The notes beneath the pieces are model-generated. The model was not told where the DNA came from. It searched no databases and was given only the letters and a program-made list of their open reading frames with translations. A program made the translations under genes and the position numbers. This document shows positions 38,868 to 51,866 of a stretch of 64,000 nt of DNA, piece by piece. The stretch comes from Desulfobacteraceae bacterium. Lineage in GTDB: Bacteria > Desulfobacterota > Desulfobacteria > Desulfobacterales > SKZT01. The stretch is taken from contig JAABTQ010000006.1 in the NCBI GenBank assembly GCA_011389745.1, positions 45,475-109,474 of the forward strand, in the 5' to 3' direction. Each line of letters begins with the position of its first letter. The stretch's first letter is position 1.

Positions 38868-39602
38868 ATGCTGAATCCCGAATCCCCTATTCCCTTGTAT
38901 CATCAGTTGGCCGACATCCTGACGGAAAAAATCCGCACCGGAGCTTATTGTCCCGGAGACCAGGTTCCGTCCGAAAACCAGTTGGCCGCCATGTATGGAA
39001 TCGGACGACCAACCGTTCGTCAGGCCATTGAATTATTGATACGAAAACGGCTTCTGATACGCAAGCGCGGATCGGGAACTTACGTACAATCCCCTAAAAA
39101 AGAGGTAGACCTTTTGTCACTGGCAGGAACCATGTCATCTTTTCATAAAAAGGGACTGGCAACCACCACAAAAATATTAAAAAAAACCAGTCTTAAAAAA
39201 ATCGGAAAAAATGATCCGGATAATCCATTTGCGGGGCAGAAGGCATTCTTTTTTCAAAGGCTTACCTCTGTTGGTGGAACTCCCGTTTTAATTGAAGATT
39301 TGTATCTTCACCCTGCGCTTTTTAAAGGATTTGATGAGATCGACCTTTCTGAAAAATCACTTTCGGAAATTGTTTTTGAACGTTATTATATGCGACCTGC
39401 AAATGGGAAACAAAATTTCAGGATCGAATTTCTTTCGGACAATCGGGGTAAAATTTTAGATGTCACATCTTCTACTCCGATTTTGGAGGTTAAACGATTC
39501 CTGCATTTTCCCCAGGCCGACAATGCGATCTTTTCCGAACTTTACTGTCGAACAGATCAATTTGTCTTTTCCCAGATTATAGGAGGAACAACAGATGCTT
39601 AA
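38868..39602 (+). CDS. GntR/HutC-family regulator (UTRA-like domain)
   Basis: PLYHQL, PSENQLAAMYGIGRPTVRQAI, RGSGTYV. Confidence 0.92.
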   Translation: MLNPESPIPLYHQLADILTEKIRTGAYCPGDQVPSENQLAAMYGIGRPTVRQAIELLIRKRLLIRKRGSGTYVQSPKKEVDLLSLAGTMSSFHKKGLATTTKILKKTSLKKIGKNDPDNPFAGQKAFFFQRLTSVGGTPVLIEDLYLHPALFKGFDEIDLSEKSLSEIVFERYYMRPANGKQNFRIEFLSDNRGKILDVTSSTPILEVKRFLHFPQADNAIFSELYCRTDQFVFSQIIGGTTDA

Positions 39603-40824
39603 CCGGGGATATTACGATGGATTCGGAGGAGCCTACCTTCCTGAAATTCTCGTTGCCACATTTGACGAGCTTGAAAAGGTTTTTCTGGAAGCTAAAAACG
39701 ACCCTGACTTTTGGCAGAATTATGAAAACCTAATGTCCACTTATTCGTGCCGTCCCACACCGATCACCTTTGCTGAAAACCTGAGCCGATACTTTGGAGG
39801 ACCACGCATTTACATCAAAAGGGAAGACCTGAATCATACGGGTGCTCACAAGGCTAATAATGTGATGGGTCAGGGCCTTCTGGTCAAGCGGATGAACAAA
39901 ACCCGGGTCATTGCAGAGACAGGGGCGGGTCAGCATGGGGTAGCCACCGCCACCATGGCTGCAAAATTCGGCTTTGACTGCACGATATATATGGGTGAGG
40001 TGGATGTGGAACGTCAGCGCCCGAATGTTTTCTGGATGGAACGTCTTGGAGCCGAAGTGATTCCGGTAAAGGAAGGAACCCGGATTTTAAAAGATGCCAT
40101 CAATGAAGCTTTCAGAGACTGGGTCACCCATATGGACACCACCCACTACGTGCTGGGAACAGCATGCGGCCCTCATCCTTTTCCCGAAATGGTTACTTAT
40201 TTTCAATCCATTATTGGAAAAGAAGCCAGAAAACAGATGATGGAATCCCAGGGGAGGCTTCCTACCAGAATTTATGCATGCGTCGGCGGCGGCTCAAATG
40301 CTCTGGGAATCTTTTCAGGATTTTTACATGATCCTGCAGTGGAACTTGTAGGTGTTGAGGCGGGTGGAAAAGGACTCGATACCGGCGAGCATGCATCCCG
40401 GCTTTGCTCCGAGGATGCCGCAGTAGGAGTTGCTCAGGGATATAAAACGTATTTTCTTCAAAACCATGAAGGCCAAATGAAAGAAACTCACAGCATTGCA
40501 GCGGGACTGGATTATGTGGGAGTTTCACCGATTCTTTCCCATCTGAAAGAAACCGGTCGTGTCCGCTTTGAAGCAGCCACAGATGATGAGGTGGTGGCGG
40601 CCACAGCCTTAACCATTCGAAAAGAAGGCGTTATTCCTGCACTCGAGTCGGCCCATGCCTTTGCCCAGGCCTTCAGGGAAGCATCAAAACTTTCTCACGA
40701 TGACATCATCCTGATCAACCAGTCCGGACGCGGAGACAAAGATATTTTTACCGTGGCCGATGCATTCAACGATCCAAAATGGCAGCAATTTATCATTGAA
40801 AAGGCAAAAAAATATCATGCTTGA
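39595..40824 (+). CDS. trpB: Tryptophan synthase beta subunit
   Basis: KREDLNHTGAHK, AETGAGQHG, CVGGGSNA, AGLDY, PALES, SGRGDKD. Confidence 0.96.
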   Translation: MLNRGYYDGFGGAYLPEILVATFDELEKVFLEAKNDPDFWQNYENLMSTYSCRPTPITFAENLSRYFGGPRIYIKREDLNHTGAHKANNVMGQGLLVKRMNKTRVIAETGAGQHGVATATMAAKFGFDCTIYMGEVDVERQRPNVFWMERLGAEVIPVKEGTRILKDAINEAFRDWVTHMDTTHYVLGTACGPHPFPEMVTYFQSIIGKEARKQMMESQGRLPTRIYACVGGGSNALGIFSGFLHDPAVELVGVEAGGKGLDTGEHASRLCSEDAAVGVAQGYKTYFLQNHEGQMKETHSIAAGLDYVGVSPILSHLKETGRVRFEAATDDEVVAATALTIRKEGVIPALESAHAFAQAFREASKLSHDDIILINQSGRGDKDIFTVADAFNDPKWQQFIIEKAKKYHA

Positions 40825-41578
40825 AAAATATCTGAAAAACAGGCTGAAAGAGAAAAAAATTCTTCTGATGACCCATATTGTTTTAGGGTATCCTAGTTTT
40901 GAAGAAGGATTTCAAATCGTTGAGTCCATGGTAGAAGCCGGAGTGGATCTGATGGAACTGCAAATTCCTTTTTCCGAGCCTATTGCCGACGGGCCGGTGA
41001 TTCTTCGTGCAAACCAGAGTGCACTGGCCAACGGCGTGACAGTGAAAAAATGTCTTGAGTTTGCCGGTGATGTGGCCAAAAAATTCCCGATTCCATTTCT
41101 TGTTATGACTTATTATAATATTTTATTCCAATACGGCCTTGACCGTTTTGCAGGGGTTATGGCCAAAAACGATATCAAGGGAGCCATTGTCCCGGATCTT
41201 CCTCCCGAGGAAGGCAAGGAATATTTAGATGCCATGGCAGGCCATGATCGTTGCCCGATCTTTATCTTTTCACCCACCACACCCCTGGAAAGAATGAAAT
41301 ACATCGCCTCCCATGGCAACGGATTTATCTATTGTGTGGCAAGAAAAGGAGTCACCGGGGCTGACACCGACTTTTCATCGGATCTTCATTCATATCTTGC
41401 ACGATGTCGTCAGGCTACGAACCTTCCACTTGCCCTGGGTTTCGGGGTCAAAGATAAAAACGATATTGATTTTTTGACAGGTCAGGTGGATATCGCGGTG
41501 ATTGGTACCCAGACCATTCGTCTGGTGGAAAAAGAAGGGGTGGGATCGGTAGGACCATTTATCAGCGGACTGCGGTAG
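40817..41578 (+). CDS. trpA: Tryptophan synthase alpha subunit
   Basis: ELQIPFSEPIADGPVI, MTYYN, PDLPPEE, GVTG, LGFG. Confidence 0.95.
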   Translation: MLEKYLKNRLKEKKILLMTHIVLGYPSFEEGFQIVESMVEAGVDLMELQIPFSEPIADGPVILRANQSALANGVTVKKCLEFAGDVAKKFPIPFLVMTYYNILFQYGLDRFAGVMAKNDIKGAIVPDLPPEEGKEYLDAMAGHDRCPIFIFSPTTPLERMKYIASHGNGFIYCVARKGVTGADTDFSSDLHSYLARCRQATNLPLALGFGVKDKNDIDFLTGQVDIAVIGTQTIRLVEKEGVGSVGPFISGLR

Positions 41579-41588
41579 GAGGTTTTTA

Positions 41589-42458
41589 ATGCATTATGAA
41601 GGAAACATCATTCGGCCTCCCAGCGAAGCCAACAGCATTTTGTTCCAGGTGACCGTCGGATGTTCACGAAACAAATGTACGTTTTGCGGCTCATATCAGG
41701 GTGAGCGATTTAAAATCAAGCCTGATAATATCATCATGGAAGATATCGCATTTGCCGCCGATTATTGCAAAAATCAGCGCAGGGTCTTTCTTTGCGATGG
41801 CGACGCGCTCATTATTCCTCAAAAGCGGCTGATGAACATTTTAACCCGCATCGAAGAGGAGTTACCATGGGTCACCCGTGTGGGAGTTTATGCCAATGCC
41901 AAGAGCATTGCCATGAAAAGTACGGAAGAACTCAAACAGCTCAGAGAGCATAAATTGGGCATTGCTTACATGGGGCTTGAAACCGGAGACGATATTACAT
42001 TAAAAGAAATCAATAAAGGAGCTGATTCTGAGGAAATGATCCGGATGGGAAAAAAAATCCGGGATGTGGGTATCAAGCTATCCGTTACGGTTATTCTGGG
42101 AATTGCCGGGAAAGAGAGATCCGACATCCATGCCAGGCAGACCGGTCGGGTGCTATCGGCCATCGATCCTGAATATGTGGGTGCCTTAAGTCTGATGCTT
42201 ATCCCTGGAACCCCATTATACAACGACTACAAGACGGGAAAATTTCCGCTACTCACTCCCGAAGAAATGCTTGGAGAACTCAGGACAATGGTTGCTGCAA
42301 CCAATCTTTCCCAGGGACTTTTTCACGCCAACCACGCCTCCAACTATTTGCCCATTAAAGCAAGAATGCCCAAAGATAAGGAAAAAACTCTGGCATTGAT
42401 CGATGAGGCCCTGGCTGGTCGAATCCGGCTTAAACCGGAGTGGCTCAGGGGGCTATAG
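41589..42458 (+). CDS. Radical SAM protein with CX4CX2C motif
   Basis: IRPPSEA, VGCSRNKCTFC, FLCDGDAL, GLETG, NHASNY. Confidence 0.85.
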   Translation: MHYEGNIIRPPSEANSILFQVTVGCSRNKCTFCGSYQGERFKIKPDNIIMEDIAFAADYCKNQRRVFLCDGDALIIPQKRLMNILTRIEEELPWVTRVGVYANAKSIAMKSTEELKQLREHKLGIAYMGLETGDDITLKEINKGADSEEMIRMGKKIRDVGIKLSVTVILGIAGKERSDIHARQTGRVLSAIDPEYVGALSLMLIPGTPLYNDYKTGKFPLLTPEEMLGELRTMVAATNLSQGLFHANHASNYLPIKARMPKDKEKTLALIDEALAGRIRLKPEWLRGL

Positions 42459-42583
42459 GTAAAAAGCCTTGCATACTTACTAAATAAATTATAAAGAATC
42501 TTCCGAAAATTTTAATAAATGATTAAGGTAGAATTTATGGTCGGAAAACCGGTCATATCATTTGAAATAAGGAGAAAGTATAC

Positions 42584-44611
42584 ATGAGCGAAGGAAAAAG
42601 TTCCGGCAGTTGCAACCTTGACGATATTTGTATCAACACTATTCGCACCCTGGCCATGGATGCGGTTCAAAAGGCCGATTCAGGACACCCCGGAGCACCC
42701 ATGGGTCTTGCCCCGGCAGGATATGTCCTGTGGACAAGATTTTTAAAACACAATCCCAAAAATCCCCTCTGGCATGACCGTGATCGGTTTGTACTTTCCG
42801 GCGGACATGCCTCAATGCTGCTTTACAGCCTTTTGCATCTGACCGGATATGATCTTAGCCTTGATGACCTGAAGAACTTTCGTCAATGGGCAGGTAAAAC
42901 TCCCGGACATCCCGAATACAACCACACGCCCGGTGTGGAAACTACCACAGGCCCGCTGGGGCAGGGCTTTGCCAATGCAGTCGGTATGGCCATGGCTGAG
43001 CGTTTTTTGTCTAAGCGGTTTAATCGTCCGGAATTTGACGTTATTGATCACCATACATATGTCATGTGCGGGGATGGGGATCTTATGGAAGGGGTTTGCT
43101 CGGAAGCCGCTTCCTTGGCAGGACATCTGGGTCTTGGCAAACTGATTGTGATTTATGATGATAATAAAATTTCCATTGAGGGAAGCACGGACCTTGCCTT
43201 TACCGAAGATGTGGCCATGCGTTTTAAAGCCTACAACTGGCAGGTGCTTGAAGTGAAAGACGGCAATGATATTGAAGCCATTTTTAATGCTTTAAAAACC
43301 GCCAAATCCGAAACCGGGCGTCCGTCAATGATCAAGCTTCGAACCCAGATTGCTTTTGGAAGTCCTGGAAAACAGGGATCCGCTGATGCTCATGGTGCTC
43401 CTTTAGGTGTTGAGGAAATTTGTTTAACCAAGAAAAATCTTGGGTGTGCAGAGGATAAACATTTCTGCGTAGTCAATGAAGCTTTGGATGTTTTTCGTAG
43501 TAGTGTTCAAAAAGGCAACGAGGCAGAAACTTCTTGGCAAAATCTTTATGATTCCTACTCGGAAAAATATCCTGAACTTGCCACCGAATGGAACAATTTT
43601 GTCGAAGGAAATCTTCCTGATGGATGGGATTCAGACATTCCGGATTTTGCTCAGTCCGGCCCTGTGGCCACCAGATCCGCTTCAGGACAGGTGCTCAATG
43701 CCATTGCCGGAAAAGTTTTCAACCTCATAGGAGGATCTGCGGACCTGGCACCTTCCAACAAAACCATTATCAATGCATCCCATGATTTTCAAAAAGACAG
43801 CCCTGACGGGAGAAACATCCGATTTGGTGTTCGCGAGCATGCCATGGGAGCGATTTTATCAGGCATGGCTTTACACAAGGGGATCAGACCCTTTGGGGGA
43901 ACTTTTCTGGTTTTTGCCGATTACATGCGCCCATCCATCCGATTGGCTGCGCTGATGAAAATTCCGGTTATTTATGTTTTTACCCATGACAGTATTGCCG
44001 TGGGCGAGGACGGCCCTACCCATCAACCTGTCGAGCATCTGGCATCCCTCAGAATTATTCCGAATCTTCTGGTTATCAGACCTGCCGATGCCACCGAAAC
44101 CGCCGAGGCCTGGCGGCAGGCCATTTTGAGTACGGACAAACCCGTGGCGCTGATTTTGAGCAGGCAAAAACTCGAAGTCATTCCCCGGGGTGACAATGCT
44201 TATCCATCGGCATCAAATCTTGCCAAAGGCGCATACGTGCTTTCCGATTCAGACGGAAATCCCGATGTCATCATGATGGCTTCGGGCTCGGAAGTTCAGT
44301 TGGTGCTTAAAACCGGGGAGCTTTTAAAAGAAAAAGGCATTAAAGTCCGTGTGGTCAGCATGCCCTGCCGGGAACTTTTTGAAAATATGCCCGAAACATA
44401 TCGGGATACGGTGTTTCCGAAAGATATTACCGCCCGCATTGCTGTAGAAGCCGGAGTTCCCATGGGTTGGGAACGGTATGCAGGGACCGGCGGTGCTGTC
44501 ATTGGTATCGATCATTTCGGGGCCTCCGCACCCGGAGGAATACTTATGGAAAAATTCGGTTTTACGGTCGAAAACGTCGTTTCCAAAGCGATGGCTATCC
44601 TGAAAAGGTAG
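42584..44611 (+). CDS. tkt: Transketolase
   Basis: [48 protein letters not shown]. Confidence 0.97.
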   Translation: MSEGKSSGSCNLDDICINTIRTLAMDAVQKADSGHPGAPMGLAPAGYVLWTRFLKHNPKNPLWHDRDRFVLSGGHASMLLYSLLHLTGYDLSLDDLKNFRQWAGKTPGHPEYNHTPGVETTTGPLGQGFANAVGMAMAERFLSKRFNRPEFDVIDHHTYVMCGDGDLMEGVCSEAASLAGHLGLGKLIVIYDDNKISIEGSTDLAFTEDVAMRFKAYNWQVLEVKDGNDIEAIFNALKTAKSETGRPSMIKLRTQIAFGSPGKQGSADAHGAPLGVEEICLTKKNLGCAEDKHFCVVNEALDVFRSSVQKGNEAETSWQNLYDSYSEKYPELATEWNNFVEGNLPDGWDSDIPDFAQSGPVATRSASGQVLNAIAGKVFNLIGGSADLAPSNKTIINASHDFQKDSPDGRNIRFGVREHAMGAILSGMALHKGIRPFGGTFLVFADYMRPSIRLAALMKIPVIYVFTHDSIAVGEDGPTHQPVEHLASLRIIPNLLVIRPADATETAEAWRQAILSTDKPVALILSRQKLEVIPRGDNAYPSASNLAKGAYVLSDSDGNPDVIMMASGSEVQLVLKTGELLKEKGIKVRVVSMPCRELFENMPETYRDTVFPKDITARIAVEAGVPMGWERYAGTGGAVIGIDHFGASAPGGILMEKFGFTVENVVSKAMAILKR

Positions 44612-44616
44612 TGACT

Positions 44617-44851
44617 TGTCATTCTGAGGGAGCGATTCGCAGTGTATTATGGCTTTAAAAGAAAATGATTTCCAACATACAGATTGAAACCACAGCGATC
44701 GAAGAATGTTTGGTTTCAAGTTAGACTGAAAATCAGTTTTGACCCCGAGTGGCAAAAAATACAGATTATGCCTCTCGAAACGATAGATTCTTCGTCGGCC
44801 AACCATTGTATACAAACAACATAGCACGGTGTAGGCCTCCTCAGAATGACA
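44617..44851 (+). mobile_element. Complete non-autonomous MITE/REP-like element (family A, copy 3)
   Basis: Perfect 13-bp terminal inverted repeats TGTCATTCTGAGG / CCTCAGAATGACA, internal CGAAGAAT...ATTCTTCG inverted pair, no transposase. Confidence 0.72.
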
Positions 44852-44877
44852 GTTTTGATTACCTGGTGCTCATTTTA

Positions 44878-44912
44878 ACTTGACACCAATGGGCTTTCGC
44901 TGGAATGATGGG
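44878..44912. repeat. Short repeat family B (second copy ~46067-46101)
   Basis: ACTTGACACCAATGGGCTTTCGCTGGAATGATGG versus GCTTAACGCCAATGGGCTTTCGCCGGAATGACGG. Confidence 0.7.
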
Positions 44913-44995
44913 TTATTGCCGGCATAATGGCTCATAGCAGGTTTCCGTAACCATTCAATGGGTACTCCAACCGACATGATTCAGGAGAATATATT

Positions 44996-45289
44996 ATGGA
45001 CATAAAACTGATGCTGACAACCTTCGGACTGGTTTTTCTGGCGGAGTTGGGCGATAAAACGCAGCTGGCCACTTTTTGCCTGTCCGCCGACTGCGGATCA
45101 TCCAAAATGACGGTGTTTATGGGTTCGGCAAGCGCACTTGTTTTAAGCTCGTTTATTGCCGTGGTTCTGGGAGATACCGTGGCCCGGCTTGTACCTCCTA
45201 GTTATATAAAAATCGGAGCCGGCCTTTTTTTTATCGTCGTGGGAATCTATACCCTTTATACGGCTTATAAGGGGGTTTGTTCGCTTTGA
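44996..45289 (+). CDS. TMEM165/GDT1 (UPF0016) family single-domain membrane protein
   Basis: FLAELGDKTQLAT motif and three hydrophobic helices. Confidence 0.9.
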   Translation: MDIKLMLTTFGLVFLAELGDKTQLATFCLSADCGSSKMTVFMGSASALVLSSFIAVVLGDTVARLVPPSYIKIGAGLFFIVVGIYTLYTAYKGVCSL

Positions 45290-45309
45290 TGATGACGAGT
45301 TTCTTTCTG

Positions 45310-45460
45310 TATCCGTAACTTTTTTTCGCAGTTCGTGGACCAGGGGCGGAAGCAGCTTTTCATAGCTGGTTTCCCGTAGGGCCTCATCAGCCGGGAACCA
45401 GCAGATATCCGGATTCAGGATAGAATGGGGAGAGGTGGGGAAATCAGGGTGGATTGCCAT
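45310..45460 (-). pseudogene. N-terminal stub resembling a type III restriction (Res/DEAD-like) subunit
   Basis: MAIHPDFPTSPHSILNPDICWFPADEALRETSYEKLLPPLV..LRKKV resembles, from recollection, the N-terminus of such subunits; it runs into the convergent GDT1 gene after ~50 aa. Confidence 0.55.
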
Positions 45461-45582
45461 TATTCCAGGTCCTTTTTAATTTTCCGGATCGTATCCATGA
45501 GTTGGGGAATTTTTCTCTCACAGGTAAAGAAAACCGTTTCAGCATTTATGTCGGCATAGTGGTGAGTGAGAATGTCACGCAT
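45460..45582 (-). pseudogene. Internally deleted HEPN (DUF86/HepT) toxin, 40 aa (not in the ORF track)
   Basis: Own translation: MRDILTHHYADINAETVFFTCERKIPQLMDTIRKIKKDLE; contains the RX4H HEPN motif; overlaps the MNT stop. Confidence 0.78.
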
Positions 45583-45865
45583 ATTCCGCCTCTTTATCGA
45601 TCCTTGTTTTTAAAAATTGATTCATGTTTTCCCTGTAGGTTAGGATATCAACCGGCTGGCGAAGCCTTTCCTCCAGATCATTCTTTATGCCGACAAGCAT
45701 GAAAAGGTCCGGCTTTGAAATTTGAATAACCACATCCACATCGCTCTTTTCCCCAGCTTCATCCCGTGCCGTTGAGCCGAAAACTCCAATTTTAAGAATG
45801 CCGTATTGCTCAGCGAATTCTTTTTTATATTTATCCAGAATTTCAATAATTTCTTTTTTCCCCAT
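45575..45865 (-). CDS. Minimal nucleotidyltransferase (MNT) antitoxin
   Basis: IGVFGSTARDE....SDVDV, VDIL; likely ATG at 45865. Confidence 0.88.
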   Translation of the reverse strand: MGKKEIIEILDKYKKEFAEQYGILKIGVFGSTARDEAGEKSDVDVVIQISKPDLFMLVGIKNDLEERLRQPVDILTYRENMNQFLKTRIDKEAEYA

Positions 45866-45891
45866 TACATTAGATTTCCTTTTCATTATCA

Positions 45892-46018
45892 CCATGTCAA
45901 TTGAATATCCCCCAGGGTTATACCCGGAGATTCTTCGGTCGCCGTGACTTTTCCGGCATCCAGTAAAGTATTTCTTCAAAGCCTTTGCCTTTGTGCGAGT
46001 CGCTCCCTCAGAAGGACA
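45892..46018 (-). repeat. MITE/REP-like repeat family A, copy 4 (left half, inverted)
   Basis: Minus strand reads TGTCCTTCTGAGGGAGCGACTCGC...GGCGACCGAAGAATCTCCGG; matches 3966-4064 and the start of 44617. Confidence 0.85.
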
Positions 46019-46792
46019 GGCAAGAGGTTGCCTCATATCCCTGATGTCCGGAAAAGAACGCCCCTAAGCTTAACGCCAATGGGCTTTCGCCGGAATGACG
46101 GATACTTCACTGTAAAATCGATTAGTTTGGGTCATTGTTTTGCAAAATCGGGATCGAAATTAAAATCAACCGCCCGGTAGTCAATCCGGTCGGTCCTTAA
46201 AATCATATTCTGCACTGGGAAATCAGATCAGCTGAAAGCCATTTCGTGATCTCCTCTTTGACTCTATCATGGGAAATACCCTTACCTTCACCAAGATATA
46301 GTGTTTTGGCTTGATTTTGGGAAACCGCACGTTGAGCAGTTTTTTTCCGAAGCAAACCTGCAGATGCGGTAACATTGCATGACCTGGAACAATATAGCGG
46401 TAATCATCGCCACAGTCGCCTTTCCATGGGTAAGGACTTGCGCCCTGGGTATGGGTTAGCAGATTTAAAATTCATCGTTGACAAGTCAACAGGAGTTTTA
46501 TCTGTGCAGTTTGCAAAAAACATAATGGAAAAATAAACAATTTATAGAAATTCAACTTTTTATGCGACAATAAGTGAAAATGGCAGACAAGAGTCCTAAG
46601 ATGATTTCGGACAATGAGTCCCGGTTGGCGTTCGAAGGGCAGGCGACGGAATGGCTAAAGGAACACGGTTGTCTCCCAATCCTGCTGATACCGGCCAACA
46701 AGAGATATTTGCTAAAATAGAACCCATATATTGTGTGGACGAGAATGGAGCATCAACATATGGGCAATAAAAGCGTAAGTTGCGGGGTAGAG

Positions 46793-48445
<1,653 letters not shown>

Positions 48446-48505
48446 TTACCCTCGACTTAATTGATCTGTCATTTGGATTTTTCAAATTACCAGCATGGTA
48501 TCCGC

Positions 48506-49813
<1,308 letters not shown>

Positions 49814-49960
49814 CTAACATCAAATCACTTCGGGTACCTTGACAAAATAAAAAAATGGATGTTACTCTTCTTCACGATTTCTGTCAAGGTGATCGGTCAA
49901 GACACAGCAATTCTAATTTTGAAAAGGTCACTTACTCAAAAATGTGACATATATTTAGCT

Positions 49961-50380
49961 ATGGATTTATACAAAAAGGCCCATCTCATTGTTGCAGCCA
50001 TAAGACTCCTTGAATATCAGGAGGGCAACTTGCCATCAATTGAAAAAATCTGCCGGATGCTATCCTTTTCAATTGAGCAGGGAAACCTCATTGTCCGAAG
50101 ACTCAAGGATTTGGGTATTATCGATATCACCCAGGGGGCATTCGGCACCCGTCTTTTTATCCAAAATCATCTGGCCATTGAAACTATTCCGCGGGGTGAG
50201 CAGGAGGACAAGCTGGCCCACGAGCTTGAAAAATTTCAAAATGCACAGAAGGAACGTTCAAAAAAATTCGAATCCATCAAAGCTGAGCAAGCTGCCAAGA
50301 AAAAAAACCTGTTTGCCGAAATCGAACAAAAACTCAAAAAAGATCTGGCAAAAAAGTTGGGTGAGCCTGATTCTTTTTAG
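49961..50380 (+). CDS. Hypothetical protein (winged-helix-like N-terminus, coiled-coil C-terminus)
   Basis: Intact ORF divergent from eno; likely ATG at 49961. Confidence 0.6.
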   Translation: MDLYKKAHLIVAAIRLLEYQEGNLPSIEKICRMLSFSIEQGNLIVRRLKDLGIIDITQGAFGTRLFIQNHLAIETIPRGEQEDKLAHELEKFQNAQKERSKKFESIKAEQAAKKKNLFAEIEQKLKKDLAKKLGEPDSF

Positions 50381-50388
50381 AATAATTT

Positions 50389-51441
50389 TCAGTTATCAGT
50401 CGAGAGGATCTTTTCAATTTTTTCCATGACCATGTCTACGGTTATATCTTTCATGCATGCCGTAGCAGGACAAAATCGTTTAAAGCAAGGACTGCAATCC
50501 ATTTTTACCCTAACAACCTGATGGCCGGCACCAAAGGGTCCCGTACGCCATGGAGCGGTAGGACCGAAAAGGGCTACTACCGGTGTGTTAATTGCGGCTG
50601 CAATATGCATTGGGCCGGTATCGGTGGTCAAAACAAGCTCCGCTTTTTCATATAAAGCCGCAAGGGTTTTAAGGGAAGTTTTGCCTGCAAGATTGACTGC
50701 AGCATGGGTCATGAAGGAAAGTATTTTTTCAATCTCATCAATGTCATCTTTTGCACCGGTGAAACATACTTTGAATCCTTTCCCACAAATTCGGTCGGCC
50801 ACCTGAGCAAATTTCCGGCTTTGCCACAACTTTGTATCCCATCTGGCCATCGGATTGATGGCAACAACCCGATCGGCTTCTGAAATCATGTAAGATTGCA
50901 ACAGATTTTTAATTTTTTCCCGATCAAACGTATTAATTGGAAATCCGAATTCAATTTTGCTGCAAGGGATACCAATTGCGCAAAGAAGCATCAACTCCCG
51001 ATTGACCGCATGGTGCTCCATACTGACTGCGGGTACCCTTTCATTTAAAAAAATATAACTATGTTCCGCATGATCCATTCCGGGACCAAAGCCCACTTTA
51101 CGTTTGCCCCTGGAAAAAAATACCCAGATACCGCTCTTTAAAAGGCCCTGAAAATCGATAACAAGGTCATATTCAGTATCTCTGAGGGTTTTGATAAAGT
51201 TATGGATTTCTTTCAGGATTTTAAAAAATGAACGTGGTTGCGAAAACTCTTTGATCCACTGTTTTCTTCTGCATTTGAGGACTCTGTCCAGGGCATGATG
51301 ACCTTTTAAAATTTCCGATGAAGCCTCTTCCACCAACCAGACAATATGTGCTTTTGGAAACTGACGTCTGAGTGCGTTTAAAGCAGGTAAAGTGTGAGTA
51401 ACATCTCCGATGGCACTTGTTTTAACAATTAAAATGTTCAT
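50389..51441 (-). CDS. LPS heptosyltransferase (GT9)
   Basis: ILIVKTSAIGDV, DFQGLLKS, DTGPMHIAAA, LFGPT. Confidence 0.92.
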   Translation of the reverse strand: MNILIVKTSAIGDVTHTLPALNALRRQFPKAHIVWLVEEASSEILKGHHALDRVLKCRRKQWIKEFSQPRSFFKILKEIHNFIKTLRDTEYDLVIDFQGLLKSGIWVFFSRGKRKVGFGPGMDHAEHSYIFLNERVPAVSMEHHAVNRELMLLCAIGIPCSKIEFGFPINTFDREKIKNLLQSYMISEADRVVAINPMARWDTKLWQSRKFAQVADRICGKGFKVCFTGAKDDIDEIEKILSFMTHAAVNLAGKTSLKTLAALYEKAELVLTTDTGPMHIAAAINTPVVALFGPTAPWRTGPFGAGHQVVRVKMDCSPCFKRFCPATACMKDITVDMVMEKIEKILSTDN

Positions 51442-51446
51442 TGAGT

Positions 51447-51839
51447 CTATCTTTCGGACAAACTGCCTTCGGATTTTATCAATTCATTTACTGCATTGAT
51501 AATGTCCTTTCGACTAAAGGGTTTTTCCAAAGTGATTTGAGCTCCCAACTTTTTGGCCAGCAAGAGATAATCATTAGGATCGATACGTCCTCCGCCTGAG
51601 ATAGCGATAATCGGAACATTGGGAAAATCACGTCTGAGTTCAATAATCGTCTCAATACCTTCCTTCTCGGGCATGATCAAATCCGTTATAACAAGATCCA
51701 CTGTAAGGTTCTGATGAAAAAGTTTCATGGCAATTTTTCCATCCTGAGCCTCTACCACATCAAATCCTGCTGCATTCAGGGTGAGCCGCAACATTTTACG
51801 AATCTGGTCATCATCATCAATTATTAATATTCGCGCCAT
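51447..51839 (-). CDS. Single-domain response regulator
   Basis: ILIIDDD, DLIMP, KPF. Confidence 0.9.
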   Translation of the reverse strand: MARILIIDDDDQIRKMLRLTLNAAGFDVVEAQDGKIAMKLFHQNLTVDLVITDLIMPEKEGIETIIELRRDFPNVPIIAISGGGRIDPNDYLLLAKKLGAQITLEKPFSRKDIINAVNELIKSEGSLSER

Positions 51840-51866
51840 ATCTTTCCTCTTGGTTATCAGAACAGA

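Noticed and set aside
38586-38903. 105-aa minus-strand ORF
   Set aside because: It lies over the gntR upstream region with no recognisable motifs.
44324-44827. 167-aa minus-strand ORF
   Set aside because: Antisense to tkt and spans the MITE-like element; no motifs.
45866-46036. N-terminal extension of the MNT ORF
   Set aside because: Mostly translated repeat copy 4; the MNT domain starts at 45865.
46102-46260. Minus-strand RBS (GAGGAG) and ATG followed by broken frames
   Set aside because: Stops after four codons and I cannot assign a family; possibly a gene relic, but unsupported.
46561-46720. GC-richer stretch as a riboswitch or ncRNA
   Set aside because: No recognisable cobalamin, SAM or other conserved motif; an Rfam search would be needed.
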